Shown piece after piece: positions 41,044 through 51,675 of a DNA stretch of 64,000 nt; within the stretch, counting starts at the first letter, position 1; each line of letters starts with the position of its first letter. A model generated the notes under the pieces. That model was not told the DNA's origin. It did no database searches and saw only the letters and a list, made by a program, of their open reading frames with translations. A program made the position numbers and the translations under genes. Source of the DNA: a virus (Duplodnaviria; Caudoviricetes); the IMG/VR virus record IMGVR_UViG_3300044695_004869; one strand, written 5' to 3'.

Positions 41044-42924
41044 TTATCTCAATTCTCTCAAGTCGAATGTTCTAACTCCATCAACTGTGATACGTCCGTA
41101 GAAACGGTTGTTAACCATTTTCTTAGCGTATCTTGTCATAATACCTTTGATAGGTGTGAAGTTGAATGGGTTGTACATTGTAGGTGTCAATTGTAGAGGT
41201 ACATACGGTGCGTAGATGTAACCTGTGTCTAACAATGATGTTCCTTTGTGTCCAATCAAAACTTGGTTTGGTGGGAAGTAAGGATCACGGTACACTTGGT
41301 AACGTCCTGCTAAAGTACCAACTCTTTCGATACCCATGTTATACTGATCTTGCTCAGGAGATGCGTTAGATACGTGGAAGTATTCTAAATCATCAAAGAT
41401 TGCTGAAACCTCAGAAGATACAACGATCCAGTTAGCTCCACCTCTCAATGTAGATTTGTGGATTTGTGCTGACAATTGGTTGATTGCTGTAATCAAAGTT
41501 TGGTTCCAATCTTTTTGAGTGTAAGATGTAGTTTGAGAAATTCTTCTCCATCCGTTGTAGTCCCAACGTAAGTTCCAAGCCGCTCCTTTTCTCAAGTCAC
41601 GTAAGATCTCACGGTCAATCTCTGCTGCTACTTGCTCAGATAACAATGCTGTTAACTCAGCCTCAGCGTCGATGTTATGGAATGCTGCAACGTCTTGAGC
41701 TAACTCAGGAGACCATTGTGCTCTTAATTTTCTTTCGGTTACAGAAACAGTTACTGAATCTAAATCGAAAGAAACCTCTCCAATTTTATCTTCGAATTCC
41801 ATTTCTTCATATCTTCTGAATACAGCTACGAAAGAAGTTGCAGAAGTCGCAGAGAAAATAGTAGTACCTGTGTAACCATCTAAAGATGTAGAATCACAAT
41901 CAGCACATACTGGACAAGATAAATCAACTTCTAAGTAGATACATCCATCTGCAGAACAGATATTTTTGAATGAACCACCGTTACCATCAGTTGGCCAAGT
42001 TGTAGTCACAGTGTTACCGTATTGAACGATACCTTTACCGTATTGTTGAGTAACAACTCTAAATAATAGAGGAACTGCAACACCAGCACCTGCACCTACA
42101 ACATCACAAGGAGTAGTTGAAGAAGAGAATGTACTTAAATTAGTAAAGATTTTAAGATCAGAAAGGAAAGATTCTGAATCCATTTCGTTTCCATCAGGTC
42201 CGATTAATTTACCCGCTCCTGTATCAGCAAAACCACACATTTTAATAATTAATTTTCTTTGGTTACCTGCCGCAATTTGAACTCCTCCTGCCGGTACACC
42301 ACCAGCAACAGTTGCGTCAACTAATGATCCACTTGACCATGCTTGAAGAGTTGTAGTTGCAGTAACTGCCGACCAACGACCTTTAGAGTAGTCAAATAAT
42401 CCTGGAGGATCTAAACCTGCCTCACCACCTTCGTAGAATAAATCGTAAAGATTTTTTCCGAATGCTCCTGCATTGTCAGGATATCCTGCTCCTGGTCCTG
42501 AGTTACCTGTACCACCTGCTGTAGGTCCGTTAGGTGCTCCGATTGGTGCGTAGTGGTCACCTGATGCGTTTGCAGTACCACCATTATATCCTTGGATACG
42601 AGGTACAAAGTAGAATAATTTACCGATCGGTAAGTTCATTGCTTGTACAGAAACGATATCGTTAGCCAACAATTTAGAGAAAACTCTTCTTACGATAGGG
42701 AAAACAACTGTTTCGAACGCTCCGTTAGAACCTTCAGATGTTGCTTCGTTAATCAAGAAAGAAGCTTGGTTTTCATACAACTGTGCTACGTTTTCTTTTA
42801 GGTGGCCTCTAAGACCTTCAAGGAATCCTAATTTATCCCATTTGTTAATAGTATCTTCTTTGATAACTTTAAGGTGTTTTAAACCGATGTTACCAACAAG
42901 ACCTGATTCTAATAATGCTCCCAT
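41044..42924 (-). CDS. Major capsid protein (T4 gp23-like)
   Basis: VSVQAMNLPIGKLFY, VTERKLRAQWSPELAQDV, IDAEAELTALLSEQVAAEIDREI, YAPYVPL, FTPIKGIMTRY. Confidence 0.95.
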   Translation of the reverse strand: MGALLESGLVGNIGLKHLKVIKEDTINKWDKLGFLEGLRGHLKENVAQLYENQASFLINEATSEGSNGAFETVVFPIVRRVFSKLLANDIVSVQAMNLPIGKLFYFVPRIQGYNGGTANASGDHYAPIGAPNGPTAGGTGNSGPGAGYPDNAGAFGKNLYDLFYEGGEAGLDPPGLFDYSKGRWSAVTATTTLQAWSSGSLVDATVAGGVPAGGVQIAAGNQRKLIIKMCGFADTGAGKLIGPDGNEMDSESFLSDLKIFTNLSTFSSSTTPCDVVGAGAGVAVPLLFRVVTQQYGKGIVQYGNTVTTTWPTDGNGGSFKNICSADGCIYLEVDLSCPVCADCDSTSLDGYTGTTIFSATSATSFVAVFRRYEEMEFEDKIGEVSFDLDSVTVSVTERKLRAQWSPELAQDVAAFHNIDAEAELTALLSEQVAAEIDREILRDLRKGAAWNLRWDYNGWRRISQTTSYTQKDWNQTLITAINQLSAQIHKSTLRGGANWIVVSSEVSAIFDDLEYFHVSNASPEQDQYNMGIERVGTLAGRYQVYRDPYFPPNQVLIGHKGTSLLDTGYIYAPYVPLQLTPTMYNPFNFTPIKGIMTRYAKKMVNNRFYGRITVDGVRTFDLRELR

Positions 42925-42955
42925 TTTTTTGGTTTTTATTTTATTTGTTTATTTT

Positions 42956-44401
42956 TTATTTTATTTTTGACATTAAATCTTTCATTCTTAAGAATTGAGG
43001 ATTTTCATAAGTTTTAGATTCAATTAAATTAACTGCAGATCCAGATGATGGAGTTTTTTCAACAGTTCGTTCAAATGATTCACTAATTGTATTATTTTCC
43101 TTAGAACTTGAGTTTGAAAGTTCGTCTTTTACAATTCTATACAAATTTTTAGATTCTTTAAGAGTTTCAACGCTATCAAATCTTTTTAAGATGTTGATTT
43201 TTTCTTGTTTTGTAGTTGAGTGTTCTGTAAACAAACGTGTAGCGTAAGCCAAGTTTGAATTGAATACCGCAACCTCATTCAATTTGTCTCTAAATACATT
43301 TAATGCATTTCTATACTCTTCATTTTTTTCTCTAAGAACTTGTAATTCTCTATTGTCAACACTTTCTTTTTTAATTGCCGTGTTTGCTTTTGAATGTGCT
43401 CTTGGTTTAGGTAAACCACCTTTTCTAAAATTAGAACCATTACCTAACGTACGAGACGCTTCTTTGGTTTCCATTTTTTTAACGGTTGTGTTTTTACCTT
43501 TCTCCATGTTTTCACCTTCCTTATATTCAAATTTCGCTTTACCCATACCAACTCCTCTGGTTCCTTGTTTCATTTTTGTTTTGAAACCTTGTCCTTGATT
43601 TGGTTTTTTGTCGTATTTGAATTTTGATGCGTTACCCATACCAACTCCTTTTGCCTTGAAATTAGATTTTGATTCAATAACAAATTCCTCATCTAAATCT
43701 TCTTCTAATTGAGACCAATCTGTTTCAAAATCAAGATCCTCATCCTCATCTTCAGGGTCATTACGGTGTCTGCGACCCATATGATAACGCTCTTCCATTT
43801 CACCACCTAAGTGTTTAGAGTATTCTTCACCATCATCATCATCTTCTTCATCTAACATGATTTCATAGATTGTTTCGGTAGTACCATCCTCTTCTTCCAT
43901 CCAAGATTCTCCAATCTCATCGTTTTTCATCATTTCGATTTCATCTTGCTCTTGTTCGGACTCACTTAATTGGATAAAATAGTCAACATCGTTATTTTCA
44001 TCAGATAAATGTATCATATCATCTTCTTTTTTAACAATGACACCATCTTCAGGTCCCATAGCCTTGAAAACTTTTAAAACGTCTTCTGAGGATGCTCCCG
44101 TTAGGTCAAGTGTGTCATCATCTTCGTCTTCGTCGTCGAAGTCAGCATCAATAGATAGCCCATCTTCGTCTCCGTCGTCGAAATTATCAACATCATCATC
44201 AGATACGTCAGTATCGTCAAACTCAGCATCTACATCAATCTCCTCGTCGTCGTCTTGCTCGTTAAGGGACTCTTTTACTAATGATCTGATTTCTTCCTTC
44301 ATTGTAGAAGCAAGTATTCCTTTTGCGTTTTCGTTAATAACTTCTTCCAAATTTCTCATTTGTAAGAAAGTATCTTCAACCAATGATTTTTCTTTGCTCA
44401 T
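42956..44401 (-). CDS. Prohead core scaffold protein (gp22-like)
   Basis: Highly acidic; LNEVAVFNSNLAY...KINILKRFD; directly upstream of MCP; TATTTATA at 44424-44431. Confidence 0.8.
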   Translation of the reverse strand: MSKEKSLVEDTFLQMRNLEEVINENAKGILASTMKEEIRSLVKESLNEQDDDEEIDVDAEFDDTDVSDDDVDNFDDGDEDGLSIDADFDDEDEDDDTLDLTGASSEDVLKVFKAMGPEDGVIVKKEDDMIHLSDENNDVDYFIQLSESEQEQDEIEMMKNDEIGESWMEEEDGTTETIYEIMLDEEDDDDGEEYSKHLGGEMEERYHMGRRHRNDPEDEDEDLDFETDWSQLEEDLDEEFVIESKSNFKAKGVGMGNASKFKYDKKPNQGQGFKTKMKQGTRGVGMGKAKFEYKEGENMEKGKNTTVKKMETKEASRTLGNGSNFRKGGLPKPRAHSKANTAIKKESVDNRELQVLREKNEEYRNALNVFRDKLNEVAVFNSNLAYATRLFTEHSTTKQEKINILKRFDSVETLKESKNLYRIVKDELSNSSSKENNTISESFERTVEKTPSSGSAVNLIESKTYENPQFLRMKDLMSKIK

Positions 44402-44534
44402 TATAGTTTTGTTGTTTTTACAATATAAATAGTATGTTAATTGAAAAAATTCACATTTTTATAACAATGAGGCAAAAAAAAATGGAGATATTAAAAAATA
44501 CCCCCATTTTAATAAAATGTAATTAAATTAAAAA

Positions 44535-44750
44535 TTAGTCGATAACCTCATCAATTTTACTTTCTGTAATTGAAGTAATTCTCCAATCCATTGTGTAATG
44601 TTCATATACTTTGGTTACTTTAGCCTCAACATCAGTAGGGGTATAACCCATAACTAACTTCTCTTCTCTAACTTTTCTAACCTTTCCTGATTCGCTGTCT
44701 AACAAATCTGATGTGATTTTAGCCACAAAATACTTTTCTCCTTGTTCCAT
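44535..44750 (-). CDS. Hypothetical protein, 71 aa
   Basis: Small ORF in the head module. Confidence 0.7.
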   Translation of the reverse strand: MEQGEKYFVAKITSDLLDSESGKVRKVREEKLVMGYTPTDVEAKVTKVYEHYTMDWRITSITESKIDEVID

Positions 44751-44787
44751 AATTTTTTAATTTTATTAAATCATAGAACTTATTTTT

Positions 44788-45525
44788 TTATTTGTCAAGA
44801 AATGAACTTAATTTATCCATTAAACTTTTTGTTTTCTCAATAGATGAGGATTCCATTCCAGTTGCTCTTTCTAAATTCATTTTTTTATCCTCATCTAAAT
44901 TCTCCTCATATTTTAATCGGTCATTTTTATCTAAGAATAAATAAGCCCCCGGTGTAGACGGAGAAGATACAAGGTCAAAACAAATTAATTCAAAGTCATC
45001 TTGTACTTCATTTTGGTCCCCCACTTTTTTAAGTGATCCTACCCCACGAGAAGAAATACCTAAAGTAACTCCTTGTCGTAAATAGTTTGCTGCTAAATCC
45101 CCCTTTGTGGAAACAATACCACTTTCATGAAAACCAGGACTTGTAAGTAATTTTATTTTACCTAACAATACATTACCATCCCACCATACTTCTGTGATAA
45201 TGTGAGAAACACGATCCAAATCAATCAATGATGATTCAGGGTGATTTAATTCAGAGAGAGCGGTTCCCTTTTCAATCATCTTTTTGTAGTTTTCCGACTC
45301 TCTCTTTAATATTTTCTCAGGATAAACTCTACCATTTCTATTAGGGGTATTGTACTTCTGTAATACCGCATAAAATTCAAATGGTTTAGAGTGGTCAAGC
45401 ATATTTCTTGACTCTTTTAATATATCTAAATTACGACCCTCATTAGGATTAATATATCCCGCATCATATTCAATAAGAATACCTTTACCCGAATCTTGGG
45501 GTCCTAAAATTTTATAACCGCTCAT
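44788..45525 (-). CDS. Prohead protease (T4 gp21-like)
   Basis: QKYNTPNRNGRVYP, SELNHP, LGISSRGVGS, FDLVSSPSTPGA. Confidence 0.93.
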   Translation of the reverse strand: MSGYKILGPQDSGKGILIEYDAGYINPNEGRNLDILKESRNMLDHSKPFEFYAVLQKYNTPNRNGRVYPEKILKRESENYKKMIEKGTALSELNHPESSLIDLDRVSHIITEVWWDGNVLLGKIKLLTSPGFHESGIVSTKGDLAANYLRQGVTLGISSRGVGSLKKVGDQNEVQDDFELICFDLVSSPSTPGAYLFLDKNDRLKYEENLDEDKKMNLERATGMESSSIEKTKSLMDKLSSFLDK

Positions 45526-45546
45526 AGTATTTTTTTATTATAAATA

Positions 45547-46014
45547 CTAAACTTTTTCGGTTTTTACTTTAATTGGTTTAACATTCCCATTTTTTGTTAG
45601 GTAAAATTTGAAATTATCATTCTTATGTAATACGTCATTATATAATCCCTTAACAATTTCCTTTAATTTACGTTTGAGTTTTAAATCTTTGAAATCCACC
45701 TCATCAATAAGATAGAGATTAATTTCTAAATTCATAAATGATTTCTTTTTTAGTGATAATCCACTTGTTCTTAGATCCATATCCACAATAAACTTATCGT
45801 CAAACATTTGTTTATCTATGTGGTTGAATACTGAGTGTTTAATTGATCGGTTCATATTTAATACGAGCCTTGTCCAGTTCTCTACTTCTATTTTTGGTTC
45901 CGCCCATGTTTGGAGGTTCAAATACAATGACTTGAAATTTTTTGAATCTACTGTTCCGTAGGTAATTTTTGAGTTTCTAAATCCACTCAGTTTTGAGGTT
46001 TTCCCTTTTTTCAT
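45547..46014 (-). CDS. Hypothetical protein, 155 aa
   Basis: ORF divergent from rpsU. Confidence 0.72.
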   Translation of the reverse strand: MKKGKTSKLSGFRNSKITYGTVDSKNFKSLYLNLQTWAEPKIEVENWTRLVLNMNRSIKHSVFNHIDKQMFDDKFIVDMDLRTSGLSLKKKSFMNLEINLYLIDEVDFKDLKLKRKLKEIVKGLYNDVLHKNDNFKFYLTKNGNVKPIKVKTEKV

Positions 46015-46105
46015 TTGATATTTCCATAATACAATGTTTATTTTATGAAAAAATAGTTAATTTTGTGATATATATCAAATATAAAATAAAATCTTAAAAT
46101 ATATT

Positions 46106-46294
46106 ATGTTAATAGTACACGTAACCAAAAATGGGGGGATTGAAAGAGCCCTTAAAGAGCTGAAAAGTAAGGTGATTAAAACAAGACAAAACTCTCACCT
46201 AAATGATAGGAAAGAGTTTACTAAAAGGTCTGTTAAAAATAGAGAAATCCTTAATAAGGCTATTTATCGTCAAAAAATTAAAAGTAACGATTAA
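46106..46294 (+). CDS. rpsU: Ribosomal protein bS21 (phage-encoded)
   Basis: 62 aa basic; IERALKELKSKVIKT...LNDRKEFTKRSVKNRE...KAIYRQ; antisense within the head module; TAATTTTG at 46058-46065. Confidence 0.88.
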   Translation: MLIVHVTKNGGIERALKELKSKVIKTRQNSHLNDRKEFTKRSVKNREILNKAIYRQKIKSND

Positions 46295-47007
46295 AGATTA
46301 TTATTTAATTCTTGTAGTTTTAAATAAGTCAACTTATCAAATGATTCAGAACTAACTTTTTCAATTGTTTCATTGATTGCATTTCCTACTTCTTTATCTT
46401 GCTCACTCTCTTGGATTTTCTCTAACTTGGAGATTACACTCTCTTTTAAAGAGTTATATTTTTCTTTTAATTCATCTTCATTAGAAGACAAAATAGTTTT
46501 TAATTTTTTCTGATCAGATTCACTTAGATTACTTACGTAATTACTAATAGTTTTGTTTGCTATTCCCACCATAGTTTTTAAAGGTACATTAATAACTTCT
46601 TTATTCTCTTTCGGGGATTTTGTAATTGTTTCCAAAATTGTTTTTTTACTTGTAATTTTTTCTTCTAACTTTGTAATACCCGTTGAGAATAAATTATCAA
46701 CGACATCATATTCATTACCATATTCTGATCCCTCAACCCAATCATTTAAAGGTTTTAAATCTTTTGGTGAAATTTTGTTTATTGAATTTTCATAAGCGGT
46801 AATACTTTGATTAATATATTCGTTTGCAATGGATTCATTTAGACCTTTATTCGTTGTTAATTCATCATATAGATAAAAAAGTTTAGAAACATTTTTATTC
46901 TTTAACACCAAAGAGTTAAATTTAGACATATCAGTTTTAATTGTATCATTTTTGTATGATTCAACTAATTTGTTTTCTATTTTTGATTTTAATTTACCGA
47001 ATTTCAT
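46291..47007 (-). CDS. Hypothetical protein, 238 aa (downstream of portal)
   Basis: Start moved to ATG 47007; TATTTATA at 47020-47027. Confidence 0.75.
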   Translation of the reverse strand: MKFGKLKSKIENKLVESYKNDTIKTDMSKFNSLVLKNKNVSKLFYLYDELTTNKGLNESIANEYINQSITAYENSINKISPKDLKPLNDWVEGSEYGNEYDVVDNLFSTGITKLEEKITSKKTILETITKSPKENKEVINVPLKTMVGIANKTISNYVSNLSESDQKKLKTILSSNEDELKEKYNSLKESVISKLEKIQESEQDKEVGNAINETIEKVSSESFDKLTYLKLQELNNNL

Positions 47008-47027
47008 AATCTTTTTTATTATAAATA

Positions 47028-48929
47028 TCAATCTCTTAATAATTTGCTCAGTTCATTTTCAATTGAACCTAAAGAATTTCTACCTTTAGATAAATCAATG
47101 TACTTATCACCATAAATATCATCACTTTCTAGTAAGATATTTAAGTTATCATTTTTCTTTCCTTCAGGTAAAGTTTCTTCTTCAGGTGGAGCCCCTGGTG
47201 CCGCTGGAGCTTCAGGTGCCCCACCAACTTCTTCACCCCCTAATGGTGGTAATGGAGGTTCAGGTGAAGTTTCTCCCCCACCTCCGAAGTCAGGTAATGA
47301 TCCTCCACCTCCGAATGATCCTCCACCACCACCTGATGGAGGTGCTCCTCCTGCTGGTGGATTTTCTGTCGAACCTGATTTAGATTTATATAATCTATCC
47401 ACAACATCAAACATACCTGTATGTGTAATAACAGTTGCGGTATTTGCTAATTCAGCGGCAACCGCTCTTTCTAATCTTTGTTGTTGTGTGTCTAATTTAA
47501 TATCCTCATCTGAGAAACCAAAAATATGTTTCTTAGCCCAAGTTGCCGAAGTTGGGGCCAAACTATTAGGTATTTCTGACACTAAATCTTTATATAATAA
47601 TACTTTTTCTTTCCAAACATCAATCATTAATAAATCAGCTTGTTTCGAAGGATTGGTTAACCCTAATGTAAAGTTTTGTAGATCATCCTCAAAACCTAAA
47701 ATAAATAAGTGAATGATTGCAATTTTATTCATTTCTGCAATCATTGCTTTTTGTATTTTATTAATAGTTCTTGCAAAACGAATATCTTGTAATGATAAGT
47801 TCTTACCATCACCAACCACTTCCTCAAACCCTAAGTATGCTTTTGGTACACGTAATGCGGTCACTAATTTCTTTTGGATGTATTCAATATCCGCTATTTC
47901 AGATAAGTTCTGAGCTCCTGGTAATGTCTCAATCGGCATTGTTTGTGTAACATCACGTACAGGAACAAAATAATCCTGATCCACAGCCATTTGGTTAAAT
48001 CTCATATCCACGTTTCCTGTTTTATTATCAACGATTTGATCACGCTTAAATTTGTTTGCAACACGTTGTACGTAAGGTTCAACATCTTTATCATCCATAT
48101 TACCAACAAACACTTTAAACACTCTTCTTTCAGGTGCTCTTGATGTCCTATAGATTAACATCGCATCTTCCGATAATAATAATTGTTTCCAAATTCTTCT
48201 TGCTTTCTCCAACATGGAAGTTCCGTAAGGTAGTTTTCTATCATCACCAAGTAATCTAAAGTGAGCAACCTCCCAACTATTAAATTCCATGTCTTTTACT
48301 TTCCATTTGAATCTTAACCCTTTTTCTTTTGGGTCAACTTCGGCATTTACTGATTTTGCTGCCATTCCTCTTTCTAATCGTTCAATCTCAATGTTTGGTA
48401 ATTGCATACAACCAACAATACCCTTTTCGGGGTCTAATTTTAGATACACAAAATTGTCACCATATTTACAGGTATTTCTTGTCCACATCTGTAAATTGGT
48501 ATTAACATCCAATACATTATTAAATAAATCAGTTAAAATACCTTTTACCCTTTTTGATTCGGAATATATTTGTAAAATAAAACCATCTTGATTTGGAGTT
48601 GTTGATTCTTCAGCATATATATCTAATGCGGTTGATATCTCAGGTGTAAATTCCATTGATTCATAATCATAAAATGCCGCCAATCGTGTTGGTTCATAGT
48701 AAATTGCTTGAGTATAAAGATTGTTTTCAATTTTTGCCCATTGACCCGATAAATACATGGATTGTTGAGCCTGTAATTTTTCCTTTTCATACTCTTGTTT
48801 ATTTGTAGTTTTAAGTAACTCTTTTTTATCTAATGAGTATGTGGGTAAATCTTGACCCAATAAGGAGTTCGGTCCAAATGTTTTGGATAACCTTTGCCAA
48901 ATTGTTAGATTTTGATTATTATTTTCCAT
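47028..48929 (-). CDS. Portal protein (T4 gp20-like)
   Basis: KYGDNFVYL, YGTSMLE.ARRIWKQL.LSEDAMLIYR.SRAPERRVF.V.VGN, DYFVP.R...IETLPGAQNL, DI.Y.QKKL..AL.VP; Gly/Pro-rich tail. Confidence 0.95.
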   Translation of the reverse strand: MENNNQNLTIWQRLSKTFGPNSLLGQDLPTYSLDKKELLKTTNKQEYEKEKLQAQQSMYLSGQWAKIENNLYTQAIYYEPTRLAAFYDYESMEFTPEISTALDIYAEESTTPNQDGFILQIYSESKRVKGILTDLFNNVLDVNTNLQMWTRNTCKYGDNFVYLKLDPEKGIVGCMQLPNIEIERLERGMAAKSVNAEVDPKEKGLRFKWKVKDMEFNSWEVAHFRLLGDDRKLPYGTSMLEKARRIWKQLLLSEDAMLIYRTSRAPERRVFKVFVGNMDDKDVEPYVQRVANKFKRDQIVDNKTGNVDMRFNQMAVDQDYFVPVRDVTQTMPIETLPGAQNLSEIADIEYIQKKLVTALRVPKAYLGFEEVVGDGKNLSLQDIRFARTINKIQKAMIAEMNKIAIIHLFILGFEDDLQNFTLGLTNPSKQADLLMIDVWKEKVLLYKDLVSEIPNSLAPTSATWAKKHIFGFSDEDIKLDTQQQRLERAVAAELANTATVITHTGMFDVVDRLYKSKSGSTENPPAGGAPPSGGGGGSFGGGGSLPDFGGGGETSPEPPLPPLGGEEVGGAPEAPAAPGAPPEEETLPEGKKNDNLNILLESDDIYGDKYIDLSKGRNSLGSIENELSKLLRD

Positions 48930-48968
48930 ATTACAATTTTAAGTATAACAATAAATATCTAAATAGTT

Positions 48969-49817
48969 CTATTTAGTATTCGTAGGGGTTACAGTTGGAG
49001 TAGGAGTTATTGTTGTTGTGTTAGTATTCGTTGGAGTATTTGTTGGTGTTTCAGTGTTAGTTGGTGTTGGGGTTGGAGTTATATTAGAAATCTCACAATC
49101 ATTACATCCACCATATCCAAATGATGCGGTAAACGCATCGTCTATCGGAGCATTTATCTTACCAATGACTGAATAACATCCACTTGGTGTTGCTCCTGTG
49201 AATGTGTAATAGTTTACATCTCCAGGAACTATAAATCCTGGTCCTAAATCAACAACTAAAACATTTAGATTAGTACATCCTGAAATACTGTATGTAGTTA
49301 TTGAACTCAAATTAGTTGAAGTTGGTGTTTGAGTTAATGTTGGTGTAACTGATGGTGTTTGAGTATTTGTTACACTTGGCGTAGGTGTAATTGTATTAGT
49401 TGGTGTTTGAGTATTAGTTGGAGTTACAGTTGGTGTAGGTGTGTTAGATGGGTCCGGTTCTCTAGATATTGTTGGGGTTGGGGTTAATGTTTTAGTTGGT
49501 GTAATAGTATTAGTTGGAGTTATTGTTGGTGTGGGAGTTTTTGTGTTAGTTGGTGTAGGTGTAATCGCTCTTTGTGATTCGGTTATTGTAGGTGTTATCG
49601 TTGGTGTAATACTAGGAGTTGGAGTGTTAGTTGGTGTTGGTGGTATTGTTGTTGTGGTTGTTGTAGTTGGGGATTCTCTATGCTCGTTAGGTAAAGAACC
49701 TATTTTTCCATCAAAATTTGGATCAAATACTTTTGCAGTTAGAATTTGCTGACCCTCAACAATCAATCTTGATCCCGCAAATATTTTCCCCGACCTTTTT
49801 CTTAAACTTAATCCCAT
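48969..49817 (-). CDS. Pro/Thr-rich protein, 282 aa
   Basis: TPTPT tracts flanking a small Cys-containing domain; TATTTAT at 49830-49836. Confidence 0.72.
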   Translation of the reverse strand: MGLSLRKRSGKIFAGSRLIVEGQQILTAKVFDPNFDGKIGSLPNEHRESPTTTTTTTIPPTPTNTPTPSITPTITPTITESQRAITPTPTNTKTPTPTITPTNTITPTKTLTPTPTISREPDPSNTPTPTVTPTNTQTPTNTITPTPSVTNTQTPSVTPTLTQTPTSTNLSSITTYSISGCTNLNVLVVDLGPGFIVPGDVNYYTFTGATPSGCYSVIGKINAPIDDAFTASFGYGGCNDCEISNITPTPTPTNTETPTNTPTNTNTTTITPTPTVTPTNTK

Positions 49818-49836
49818 TTTATTTTAATAATAAATA

Positions 49837-51600
49837 TTATCTTCCCCCAAATAACCATCCGTATTTTTCATAATCACCTCTACTTGGACCACTACTATCT
49901 CTTCTTGAGTCATAACCAATATTTGGCATTGTAGGATTAAAACTAATAATATCTTTTACCGATTCATTGCTAGTGACAGTCCACGATTCAATCATAGATT
50001 TTGTATGTTCCGTAACTTTCTCTAAACTTGAGAACGAAGATTCTCCCACGTATAAAGCCATTGCTATAGACATGATTAAATCATCGTGATGTCCTTTTTG
50101 ATGGTCAGGTCTACCGTTAATATAAACGAACGTATTCATTTCGTTATACAATCTAGAACTATACATTCTAAATCCGTGTCTCAGGCCTTCTTCAAATGCC
50201 GCAATGATCTGAACACGTTTGGCATTAAAGTTAATACCCGGTATTTTGTCTACCGTTCTTGATGCGGATCTCCAAATGTTATTTTGATCTACGCCATCAA
50301 TATATAAATTCTTATAATCAAATTCTTGTAGTTTACGAACTGTGGTAATACCCATACCACCGGTAATATCCACAACAACAAATGCCGAATACATATTTGC
50401 CCATTTAAAGGCAACCTCAGCCAATGTATCGGGTGGAATTTTACCAATATATTCTAATACCTGTTCTCTCGTGTCAAAATCAATAATTTGAATAGTACTA
50501 AAGTCCTCACTATCCCCACGAGAAACGTCAATACCCATAATGTATTTGTGACCCACTTCAGGTTCTTTCCAAATCCATAATGAATTACCCATCATTTTAT
50601 TTTGAGGGCCCTTCAACATATTCTCACGAATTTTTTGTAACAGATTAGAATCAAAGACATTATCCCCCGATCCTAAGAAGTTACATTCCAACTCTTGTGA
50701 TACTTTTCTCTTATCGTATTTAAGTTTTTTTACCATTCCCTCAAACCAAATAGAACAAGCCTTATAACCTGTATCCATAATTGCTTTAAGGTCATCATAA
50801 TTTCTTTCGGCGAATGGAATACCTTCCCAACTTAATATATCATCATCGGTATATTCCTCTTTATTTAACAAATAATGAATAATATCCTGTGTTTTAACTA
50901 AATATAAATCTTTGGTATATCTTGGGTCTCTAAACCAATACATTTCAGAAATTTTGAAGTCATTCATATTTCTTAAAGCTTGATCATATATCTCATAATA
51001 AATTGGATCATAACCATTTGGTGTTGAAACCACAATTACCTTACCCCCTGTGGATAAGGATGCCATACAAGCCGCCCAGAAATCACTGTCGGCTTCAATA
51101 AACGCCGCCTCATCAAATACTAATATTGTAGGGGTAAATCCACGTAAGGCATCTTTTGATGTTGCTACCGCTTTAACCTCAGATCCGTTATTTAATTTGT
51201 AATGTTTTTGTGAGTTCTTTTCTGGTGAAAAATCTACACCAACCCATTTAGGCCATTGACCGATAAATGCTCTTACCTTATTTGCCATCTCTAATGACGT
51301 ATCAAGTTTGTTGGCAATAATAAGGATTTTTTCAGGTTTGTTTTTCTTAGCAAATGCCAATCGTTTTGATGCCCACGCCGCTGTAACCGTAGATACACCC
51401 GCCTGACGATATTTTAACGCAATATTCTCATTAAAATTTTCGTAATCTTGTAATAAAGATATTTGATCGGGAAATAACTCTAACGGAACATATTGTGAAA
51501 CCGTGTTATCATATGTCTGTAAATAAGTTTTTAATGCGTAAGTTGTGTCCTTCATACACTTCACATACTCAAGCATTACTTGTTCTTTAGATAAACCCAT
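49837..51600 (-). CDS. Terminase large subunit (T4 gp17-like)
   Basis: LKYRQAGVST, LVFDEAAF, VSTPNG, QELEC.FLGSG, GIDVSRG, HHDDLIMS. Confidence 0.95.
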   Translation of the reverse strand: MGLSKEQVMLEYVKCMKDTTYALKTYLQTYDNTVSQYVPLELFPDQISLLQDYENFNENIALKYRQAGVSTVTAAWASKRLAFAKKNKPEKILIIANKLDTSLEMANKVRAFIGQWPKWVGVDFSPEKNSQKHYKLNNGSEVKAVATSKDALRGFTPTILVFDEAAFIEADSDFWAACMASLSTGGKVIVVSTPNGYDPIYYEIYDQALRNMNDFKISEMYWFRDPRYTKDLYLVKTQDIIHYLLNKEEYTDDDILSWEGIPFAERNYDDLKAIMDTGYKACSIWFEGMVKKLKYDKRKVSQELECNFLGSGDNVFDSNLLQKIRENMLKGPQNKMMGNSLWIWKEPEVGHKYIMGIDVSRGDSEDFSTIQIIDFDTREQVLEYIGKIPPDTLAEVAFKWANMYSAFVVVDITGGMGITTVRKLQEFDYKNLYIDGVDQNNIWRSASRTVDKIPGINFNAKRVQIIAAFEEGLRHGFRMYSSRLYNEMNTFVYINGRPDHQKGHHDDLIMSIAMALYVGESSFSSLEKVTEHTKSMIESWTVTSNESVKDIISFNPTMPNIGYDSRRDSSGPSRGDYEKYGWLFGGR

Positions 51601-51675
51601 AAAAGTATTTATCTATAAATATAGAAACCCCCAGTTATTTTCATAAAAGGGGGTTTTTAGTTATTTTAATTGATT

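Noticed and set aside
51626-51657. AAACCCCC...GGGGGTTT hairpin upstream of terL
   Set aside because: A plausible terminator, but the U-tract on the relevant strand is weak, so it is not called.
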